Under the pieces are notes generated by a model. That model did not search any database. It was not told where the DNA came from and was given only the letters and a program-made list of their open reading frames with translations. DNA of 20,000 nt from an uncultured virus (IMG/VR IMGVR_UViG_3300020727_000702). Taxonomy: Duplodnaviria > Heunggongvirae > Uroviricota > Caudoviricetes. Both the position numbers and the translations under genes were made by a program. Shown here in pieces: positions 1-6,607 of the stretch. The DNA lies in IMG/VR virus record IMGVR_UViG_3300020727_000702; one strand, 5' to 3'. Positions within the stretch are counted from its first letter, which is position 1. The number at the start of each line of letters is the position of its first letter.

Positions 1-377
1 ACCAATTTATTTCTTGATTTATTTCTTTGTATTGAACCAACACCACGATAATACCCCTCAGGGCATCTATCTGATTTAACACTATCTCTTCCTTTAACGC
101 CGCCCGGCCCTCCCCCTGTTTCAGGTATACGATTTGCCCAATTATTGCTTTCGGCAACATTCCATAATTTGCTGTAGTATCTTCCAGCAGATTTCATTTC
201 TTCTTTATTATCAGTTTCTAATAAAATTTCGGTATCGACGTCATAACCATAATCTTGTATATGCAAAGTCCAATCAACACCCGAACCTTCATATTTAAAT
301 GGATTTTTAGATGGTTGACCTAAATATTGTAACCCTGTTATTCTGCGAGTCTTTTTGTAGAGATAGTAAATACTCAT
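1..377 (-). CDS. GIY-YIG-type (Seg-like) free-standing homing endonuclease, 3' end runs off the window
   Basis: Not in the ORF track because it has no stop in the window. Manual translation from ATG at 377: MSIYYLYKKTRRITGLQYLGQPSKNPFKYEGSGVDWTLHIQDYGYDVDTEILLET...WNVAESNNWANRIPETGGG. It has the YLY...YLG motif, YxGSG, a conserved E and an N-x-x-x-E-x-G-G end of the nuclease domain. SD AAGGAG lies at 391-386. Confidence 0.8.
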   Translation of the reverse strand, partial: MSIYYLYKKTRRITGLQYLGQPSKNPFKYEGSGVDWTLHIQDYGYDVDTEILLETDNKEEMKSAGRYYSKLWNVAESNNWANRIPETGGGPGGVKGRDSVKSDRCPEGYYRGVGSIQRNKSRNKL

Positions 378-438
378 GCTGATTGCTCCTTTAAAGCATT
401 AGGGTAGTTGGGGATTACAGTCCCGCGAACTACACTTC
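378..438 (-). promoter_or_regulatory. Structured 5' leader of the endonuclease gene (stem-loop plus SD-sequestering hairpin)
   Basis: The minus-strand RNA forms GUAGUU-CGC-GGGA-CUGUAA-UCCC-C-AACUAC (433-404). It is followed by UGCU-UUAAAGG-AGCA (398-384), which covers the SD. Confidence 0.55.
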
Positions 439-461
439 TATTTAGTTAATTTAACTAAATA
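439..461. promoter_or_regulatory. Perfect inverted repeat forming back-to-back T4-late-like TAAATA promoters
   Basis: TATTTAGTTAA-T-TTAACTAAATA has 11-bp arms. TAAATA reads outward on both strands, toward the endonuclease (-) and dps (+). Confidence 0.6.
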
Positions 462-486
462 ATAGATAATATATAAAGGATTTATA

Positions 487-927
487 ATGCTTGCTGAATT
501 ATTAAAAGTGCTACTTGCTTCTACATTTACTTATTACCTTAAAGCACACTTTTTTCATTGGTCAGTAGAAGGCAAAGACTTCTATCAATATCACAAATTC
601 CTACAAAAAATCTACGAAGATGCTTACGGGGCTGTAGATACTATTGCGGAATTTATTCGCACACTAGACGAATATGCCCCGGGAAGCCTAACTCGTTATC
701 AAGAACTATCACGTATTCAAGATCAAACTAAAGTGCCAAGAGCACAACTAATGATAGAAGAGTTATTGCATGACTCACATATTATGATTGAACTTCTCAA
801 TGAATGTTTTGCTGCTGCCACAGCAGAAAATAAACAAGACATCGCAAATTTTATTGCTGAAAGATTAACTGCTACTAATAAGTATATCTGGATGCTATCA
901 AGTTTTTTAAAAGAATCTAGAGAGTGA
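487..927 (+). CDS. dps: Dps / ferritin-like DNA protection protein
   Basis: Dps signature HFFHWSVEGKDFYQYH...DTIAE (ferroxidase His/Asp/Glu), C-terminal KYIWML, 146 aa four-helix size, SD AAGGA. Confidence 0.85.
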   Translation: MLAELLKVLLASTFTYYLKAHFFHWSVEGKDFYQYHKFLQKIYEDAYGAVDTIAEFIRTLDEYAPGSLTRYQELSRIQDQTKVPRAQLMIEELLHDSHIMIELLNECFAAATAENKQDIANFIAERLTATNKYIWMLSSFLKESRE

Positions 928-928
928 T

Positions 929-2158
929 ATGGATAATGAATTTTACAGCATAGTAGAAAAATTAGCTATTCTTGAAGGACGTATTGCTCCCAAGGATAAA
1001 GAAACATTGTCTGCGGCAAAACAAAAGAAGCCAGCACTTTTTAATAATTTAAAAAAAGCTGATGAAAATGTTATACCTGATGTTGGCGGCGTTCCTGTTG
1101 CTGAAGCTAATATGGAAGAAGATGTAGTATCCAAAGTAAAAGCATCACTAGCTGATTATTTAAAATCTGCCGAAGAAGAATTAAAACAAGATTCAGATTT
1201 AATCAAAAAGAAAAAACAAGATTTAGATCTAAAGAAAAAAGAATTAAAGGATTTAGACTTACAACAAAAAGCTCATCAAGAAGTTGACGAAGCTGATGAA
1301 GACGATGAAGACGATGAAGAAGGTGATGACGATTTATTCTATGTTGTTTTACATGACCGCGATGATGACTCAACATTTGTTGGCGAAATTTATAAGCAAG
1401 ATGGCCGTTGGCGCGAAGGCAATGTCAGTGGAAATCCTCCATATAATTGGGGTGGATCACACACTTATATGAGTTATTTGACACCTCAAGATATCTGGCA
1501 ACATATTCAAAATGATTTCCGTCGCGGGTTTGATATTGCTGGCCCATTTAGCGACCAGCAAAAAGCATTAGACTACGCAGAATATGAATTTGGAACTGAA
1601 GAATTAGACGAAGACCACAGAAAACTTGAAGTAGGCGACCGCGTTATGGTTATGGGACCAAATCATTATCAAGGTGAATTTGCTAAGGTTGAAGAATTTA
1701 GTCCGTCAGGTAAATTTGTTGTAGTAAAATTTGACAATGGCGATGAAGCAAGTATGCATTTATCAGATGTTGAATTTCACAATGATCAAGAAGATGTCGA
1801 AGATTGGGAAGAAGAATTGGATGAAAACCCAACAGAAGCTCCTCCGCAATCAGCTTCAGGTGGTGGAGGGAATCCCACATACGCAGAAAGTACTACAGCG
1901 CCAGTAAAAACAGTTCATGTACCAGTGGAATGTGGCGATACTGCTATTGGCGGAGCAGGTGGAGCAGGCGGTGGCACACTATTAGTTGAACTACATGGTG
2001 ATGAACGTGATGGATTTTGTATTAAACGTGCTGGACGAGAATTACCAACAAGATTTAAAACATTAGCAGAAGCTGAATTAGCATTAGAAATGTATGTAGC
2101 GCATCGTAAGACCAAACACGATGCTGAACAATCTACTGATTATCTTGAAGAAAAATAA
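929..2158 (+). CDS. Acidic mosaic hypothetical phage protein with a KOW/SH3-like module; possible virion internal protein
   Basis: 409 aa ORF with acidic and Gly-rich linkers and a KOW-like segment LEVGDRVMVMGPNHYQGEFAKV. Repeated [LIVM]-x-E linker sites. Confidence 0.6.
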   Translation: MDNEFYSIVEKLAILEGRIAPKDKETLSAAKQKKPALFNNLKKADENVIPDVGGVPVAEANMEEDVVSKVKASLADYLKSAEEELKQDSDLIKKKKQDLDLKKKELKDLDLQQKAHQEVDEADEDDEDDEEGDDDLFYVVLHDRDDDSTFVGEIYKQDGRWREGNVSGNPPYNWGGSHTYMSYLTPQDIWQHIQNDFRRGFDIAGPFSDQQKALDYAEYEFGTEELDEDHRKLEVGDRVMVMGPNHYQGEFAKVEEFSPSGKFVVVKFDNGDEASMHLSDVEFHNDQEDVEDWEEELDENPTEAPPQSASGGGGNPTYAESTTAPVKTVHVPVECGDTAIGGAGGAGGGTLLVELHGDERDGFCIKRAGRELPTRFKTLAEAELALEMYVAHRKTKHDAEQSTDYLEEK

Positions 2159-2160
2159 AC

Positions 2161-4074
2161 ATGAATATATTTGATTTGTTCGAAGGCGACTCTGCTCGCG
2201 ATAAATGGAATAAAGAATCCGCCAAACGTGATGCGGCCGCTAAAAAGCGTGAAGAAGAAATGACAGCACGACATAATCGAGGCAAAGAAGATATGTCAGG
2301 CGCAATTGATCGTTTAGAAAAACATTTAAATACTCCTGTTAAAGAACATGATATGTCGGAAGGCTGGAGTGACGCGATTGTTAGTCAAAGAACCGGCCGA
2401 CCACGCACACCCTACTCAGTGTATATCAAAGGTAAGAAGTGGCGAGATTTTGAAAACGAAGATCATGCAGAAGCTGTAGCAAATAAATTACGAGCCAAAT
2501 TCAAAGCTGACGGTCGTGACGCCAGTGTTATTACTATTGCCCCTACTGACTATGATAAAGATATAGTAAAAAAAGAAGCAGCAGTAAACGACGTAAACTT
2601 TGGTCATACAGTAACTAAAGGTGCTTGGATTGTACACCAGGATGGCAAGAAACCAATTAGATTTAAGACACACATCGGCGCTAAAAAATATGCTGAAAAA
2701 AACGGCGGCAAAGTTTACTCAAGTGAGTTCTACGCAGACAAGATTCAATCACAGGTTGATGAGCATGGTGGTGGTGTAAACGCTATGAATAAATATATTT
2801 CATGGCGCAATAGTGCTAACAAAGAACGTGGAATCACAAAATACCAACCTGTAGGCAAACCTGCCGAAAGTTTACGAGAGTTTGCCCTAGGTGATGAAGG
2901 TGAGGAAGATACTTTACTCAAGTTTGCTCGCTTATGGTGGAATGGTGACGAAGCTACACAAAATAAAGTTGAAGAAGTATTAGCCAAGATGGGTTGGACT
3001 ATTGGTGAAAATGAATCTGGCGATGAAAACGATGCTTGTTTTGTTGTTCGCAATGGTGACATGAACGGCGATAGTTATATTGCGTTTGGCAAAGAAGATT
3101 TAAATGAAGGTTCAATGTCCACTGCCGCACATCATCATGCTGGTCCAGAATTTCCAGGATATTGGAAAGGAACTGACTCTGCTAGTTTATCACGTAGACG
3201 TATGGTGGGTGATGATATAGAAGAAGGTATTGAAGGTAACATGACCGTTAAGTCCTCACCACTATCAGAGCCATTACGTAAACGTAATTTTGTTGCTAAA
3301 AATTCTCCCATTACCGGTGCTGGAAAACACACCAATCAGTTAAAAAAAGCCATGGCAGCAGGCCGCAATGCCAAGCATAAAGCACAAACTATTCCATTCG
3401 ATGAAAGTATGAATTTTATGGAGTGGGCAGTAAACAATGACTATAATTTTGCAAAAAATCCCGCTGTTTACAAAGAAGCCAAAGAAGCATTTAAAAAAAA
3501 AATAAACGAAATATCTAAAGATAAAATTGAAAAGTACTACACTGATGTTATTAAAAAACAAGCTGACAACATTGGTATCCAGCCTAATATGTATAGCAAG
3601 CTAGAACCAAAACATCAACGTGGTATTGATAGAGCAAATAATCGTTTATACAAAAATAATGAAGAGCGCGGACCAATAGCGCCGCACGAAACATATTATG
3701 GCGCAATGGATGAAGCCAAAGGTTTAGGTACACAAGTTAAAATCATCAAAGGCAGTGATGCGGGCAAAATTGGATGGATTAGAGAAATTAAACTTGGTTC
3801 TTTTAAAGGAGCTCCAAAAACTTATTATATTGATCTCGAAGATGGTGGGCAAGCAAATAATTTACCTGGCACTGCATTACGCATAATTAAAAACAAAGTA
3901 GATGAAAGTTTACAGCCAGGCGAATACTATGTTTGGACCGTATACTTTGATAATGGCGGTAAACAAAATATTAAAGTAACCTCAGATAATTTTGATCCAA
4001 CAGCATATTATGCCAATCAAAACAAAGCGGTAGTAAATGTAGATTATAATTGGGAGAAACATAATGAAATTTAA
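2161..4074 (+). CDS. Large mosaic hypothetical phage protein with a KOW-like module; possible virion internal polyprotein
   Basis: 637 aa ORF of short modules separated by [LIVMF]-x-E sites (LFE, VKE, MSE, VDE, LRE, LNE, IEE, FDE, INE, MDE, VDE). KOW-like segment GTQVKIIKGSDAGKIGWI. Confidence 0.6.
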   Translation: MNIFDLFEGDSARDKWNKESAKRDAAAKKREEEMTARHNRGKEDMSGAIDRLEKHLNTPVKEHDMSEGWSDAIVSQRTGRPRTPYSVYIKGKKWRDFENEDHAEAVANKLRAKFKADGRDASVITIAPTDYDKDIVKKEAAVNDVNFGHTVTKGAWIVHQDGKKPIRFKTHIGAKKYAEKNGGKVYSSEFYADKIQSQVDEHGGGVNAMNKYISWRNSANKERGITKYQPVGKPAESLREFALGDEGEEDTLLKFARLWWNGDEATQNKVEEVLAKMGWTIGENESGDENDACFVVRNGDMNGDSYIAFGKEDLNEGSMSTAAHHHAGPEFPGYWKGTDSASLSRRRMVGDDIEEGIEGNMTVKSSPLSEPLRKRNFVAKNSPITGAGKHTNQLKKAMAAGRNAKHKAQTIPFDESMNFMEWAVNNDYNFAKNPAVYKEAKEAFKKKINEISKDKIEKYYTDVIKKQADNIGIQPNMYSKLEPKHQRGIDRANNRLYKNNEERGPIAPHETYYGAMDEAKGLGTQVKIIKGSDAGKIGWIREIKLGSFKGAPKTYYIDLEDGGQANNLPGTALRIIKNKVDESLQPGEYYVWTVYFDNGGKQNIKVTSDNFDPTAYYANQNKAVVNVDYNWEKHNEI

Positions 4075-4639
4075 AAATATTGTAGCAATGACGCTAGTAG
4101 TATTTGCAGGCGCAGTTTCAGCCGAGCCATTACACATTTGCAAAAACATTGACTATGCACTTTGTGCTGCTAGTCCAACAACACCAACAGGTAAAACTAT
4201 GAAGGTTGATGGCAAAACATTCAAAGAAGGTATGGCAGTTTGTCCCATACTTCACGGCGATGCTGTAGCCAATTTGAGTTTAATGAATGGATCGTGTGAT
4301 GTTCCTGGACCAGGTAAAATTTGGAGTTTGTTTGGAGTTCCGGCTCAAACAAACTATCCGCAACAACCAACATGGGCAGTAGCCCCAGCCGCATTTAGAA
4401 GTTTTACAATTGGCACAACATCAACAACCGGTATGAGCAATATGTGGAGTTTTCCATGCGATATACAAGCACAAAAAGTCAATGGCGTAAAATTGGCATC
4501 TTGCTACGGTCCTATCATGGAAAGTCCTTGGACAAATGACCATGTCAAACCAGGCCAAATTGGATTTACGCAAGCCGCCGAAGGTGTAACATATCCTGTT
4601 GGTGGTAATGCTCCTGCTAATATCGTAATTAAAAAGTAA
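4064..4639 (+). CDS. Secreted/periplasmic Cys-rich hypothetical protein
   Basis: Sec signal peptide MKFKNIVAMTLVVFAGAVSA|EP, six Cys, SD GGAG upstream. Confidence 0.7.
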   Translation: MKFKNIVAMTLVVFAGAVSAEPLHICKNIDYALCAASPTTPTGKTMKVDGKTFKEGMAVCPILHGDAVANLSLMNGSCDVPGPGKIWSLFGVPAQTNYPQQPTWAVAPAAFRSFTIGTTSTTGMSNMWSFPCDIQAQKVNGVKLASCYGPIMESPWTNDHVKPGQIGFTQAAEGVTYPVGGNAPANIVIKK

Positions 4640-4640
4640 T

Positions 4641-4718
4641 ATGAATCCAAACGAGTATCCGGTATACCCAGAAGATGATGGGTATGACACTCCAAAAAAT
4701 CCATTTTCTCCAGTTTAG
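4641..4718 (+). CDS. Putative 25-aa Pro/Tyr/Asp-rich peptide
   Basis: MNPNEYPVYPEDDGYDTPKNPFSPV*. The ATG is 1 nt after the upstream stop (translational coupling) and the ORF exactly fills the gap to the next promoter. Confidence 0.45.
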   Translation: MNPNEYPVYPEDDGYDTPKNPFSPV

Positions 4719-4747
4719 TTGACTAGTCAAGATAAATATGCTATCAT
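4719..4747 (+). promoter_or_regulatory. Sigma70-type promoter with an embedded TAAATA late motif
   Basis: TTGACT-N17-TATCAT with extended TG. TAAATA lies at 4733-4738. The -35 is part of the palindrome TTGACTAGTCAA. Confidence 0.6.
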
Positions 4748-4752
4748 AGCAT

Positions 4753-6117
4753 ATGACACTTAAATCTACTAAACGAATTGGTATACTGGTTGCCCGCACT
4801 AACTTTGTTTATCGCGGGGTAGGTGCTTATGCTAAAAGTATTATTGATTGGGCATTAAGTTTAGGATACCACGTTGATGTCATTTCTGATGCTCCTGTAA
4901 GACGTGATGGTTTATTTGATCAATATGAATTACGGGTTCAGTGGATTAGTCCTCCTACTACCATAGATGATAATGTTTACAAAGAACTGGCTTCTTTTTC
5001 AAAACCATTTGATACCACACTGAGCATTAATTTTCGTAACGCATTAGTTTACGCATTGCGTCATCATACTTACGATATGATAATTACAAATACTGGCGAA
5101 GCATTGGATGCTGTAACTGGTATTGGTGTACACAAATATTGCACAGTACTACATCCTACGCATCATGAATCCGAAGCTGGAGTTAAAGTTAAACATGACA
5201 TTTTTGCTCCTGGTGTAACCGATCGTTATCGCGCTTTATGTAACTTACCCGATGTACTACTGGCTTGCCAAAGTGATTGGATACAAGAAAATGCTCAAAC
5301 ACAATATCCTGACAAAGTGACTGAATGTTTAGTTGTGCCTCCATTAGTTCCAGAAAAAGAATTACTTGATTTTAGCACATTGCCAACAGAACGTTGGGGA
5401 GTAGGATTTGTTGGCCCTTGGGAACCACGTAAAAATCCCGAAGCATATATTGCCGCACTTAAAGCCTCGGGATTACCTGGCGTAGTACTGGTGCCATCAG
5501 AAACATCTGCTAAGAAATTTAAGGAACGTTTTAAACAAGAAGGTATTGAGTATAAAATTCACGTGGGTGTCACTGGCGCGGAAAAAACAAGAATTATACA
5601 AAGTTTGGCGGCTGCATATCATCCAGCAGTTAGTGAAACTTTTGGATTAGGAGCATTAGAAACTGCTCACAGTTGCCCTACTGTATTACTATCTAAACAT
5701 GATTGGAGCTACGCACATAAAGACTATGCTGTTATAGTGGAAGAAAGTGAAGCCGCTGATGTACTTAAATCAGTATATGGAGCAGGAGTTATCAAAGAAG
5801 TACAAGACATATTAACAGCACGTCATAAAACTATTAGTGAGCAATTAGTCAAATTGGCTACCCGAAAAAAAATCACAACCGTTCACAAAAATAACTTTCA
5901 CACAGAATTGGGAACCGTGGGTTTAATAAATCATAAAGAATTTACTGATACTCATAATTCTTTTTGTACAGATGAAATATATAAAATGTTACGACTACCG
6001 GCGGTAGAAGCTGTAGAAGTGTTACATAGTTATAACGAAACATATTATAGAAATCGAGGAAGTAACTTGTTGCCGGAGGAAAAATCAGATCCTAGCAGTT
6101 TGTTTACTTTCGAATAG
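4753..6117 (+). CDS. GT-B fold glycosyltransferase (GT4-like)
   Basis: N-terminal RGVGAYAKSI...GYHVDVI, central GFVGPWEPRKNP, and the E-X7-E motif ETFGLGALE. Confidence 0.8.
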   Translation: MTLKSTKRIGILVARTNFVYRGVGAYAKSIIDWALSLGYHVDVISDAPVRRDGLFDQYELRVQWISPPTTIDDNVYKELASFSKPFDTTLSINFRNALVYALRHHTYDMIITNTGEALDAVTGIGVHKYCTVLHPTHHESEAGVKVKHDIFAPGVTDRYRALCNLPDVLLACQSDWIQENAQTQYPDKVTECLVVPPLVPEKELLDFSTLPTERWGVGFVGPWEPRKNPEAYIAALKASGLPGVVLVPSETSAKKFKERFKQEGIEYKIHVGVTGAEKTRIIQSLAAAYHPAVSETFGLGALETAHSCPTVLLSKHDWSYAHKDYAVIVEESEAADVLKSVYGAGVIKEVQDILTARHKTISEQLVKLATRKKITTVHKNNFHTELGTVGLINHKEFTDTHNSFCTDEIYKMLRLPAVEAVEVLHSYNETYYRNRGSNLLPEEKSDPSSLFTFE

Positions 6118-6120
6118 AAT

Positions 6121-6208
6121 GGCCTTAGGACCGGTAATTCGTTACCGTAGGCTGGGCGGCTACTGCCTTGAGTAATCCGATTCGCTACCGGAACCTCTAA
6201 AAGTAGCA
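6121..6208 (+). ncRNA. Candidate structured ncRNA or cis-regulatory RNA
   Basis: GC-rich intergenic island with CGGTAA-TTCG-TTACCG (UUCG tetraloop) nested in GGCCT/AGGCT. Further stems are GGCGG/CTGCC and TCCG/CGGA. GCTAC(T) could pair with (A)GTAGC at 6202-6207. Confidence 0.5.
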
Positions 6209-6270
6209 TTACCAATTTACTACAATTTAATTAATTAATCGTGTATAATACTACATCAAAGGAGATTTAA

Positions 6271-6531
6271 ATGTCAGACAGAATTTTTACCGCAGAACAA
6301 ACTAATAAACTTACTCAAGTCATTAATGAAGGCATGCAGGTTATGCAAGAAATTGAAACACTGACTGGCGGATTAAGTGACACTGTCAAAGCAGTTGCTG
6401 AAGAATTGGAAATCAAACCCAACATTCTCAAAAAAGCCATTCGCTTGGCACATAAATCTGAATTTGGTCGTGAACAAGATGACCATGCTTTACTTGAACA
6501 AATTCTCACACAAGTTGGTAAGACACTATAA
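6271..6531 (+). CDS. Small dsDNA-binding protein (T4 DsbA / GapR-like)
   Basis: 86 aa helical protein, DTVKAVAEELEIKPNILKKAIRLAHK resembles T4 DsbA. Strong SD AAGGAG, upstream TATAAT at 6244-6249, next to the polymerase. Confidence 0.6.
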   Translation: MSDRIFTAEQTNKLTQVINEGMQVMQEIETLTGGLSDTVKAVAEELEIKPNILKKAIRLAHKSEFGREQDDHALLEQILTQVGKTL

Positions 6532-6607
6532 ATATTATAGTTAGAAGTAAGAGTCGTTCACTTAAAGAACATGAGACACGGCTTACCGGCCATAAACGGA
6601 GAATAAT
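6527..6607 (+). promoter_or_regulatory. T4-type late promoter TATAAATA plus structured leader of the polymerase gene
   Basis: TATAAATA at 6527-6534. Nested stems GTAAG/CTTAC, GTC/GAC and GTTC/GAAC, plus a CCG/CGG stem overlapping SD GGAG (6598-6601). The start codon is TTG. Confidence 0.5.

Noticed and set aside
404..433. Minus-strand GGGA-CUGUAA-UCCC resembling a tRNA-Tyr(GUA) anticodon arm
   Set aside because: The loop is 6 nt, and there is no D arm, T arm or acceptor stem. It is not a tRNA and is treated as a leader hairpin.
1285..1333. GATGAAGAC-type tandem repeats
   Set aside because: They simply encode an Asp/Glu-rich linker; this is not a CRISPR array or DNA-level repeat element.
6121..6208. 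Rho-independent terminator after the glycosyltransferase
   Set aside because: No U-tract follows any stem and the structure is more complex than a single hairpin. It is kept as an ncRNA candidate.
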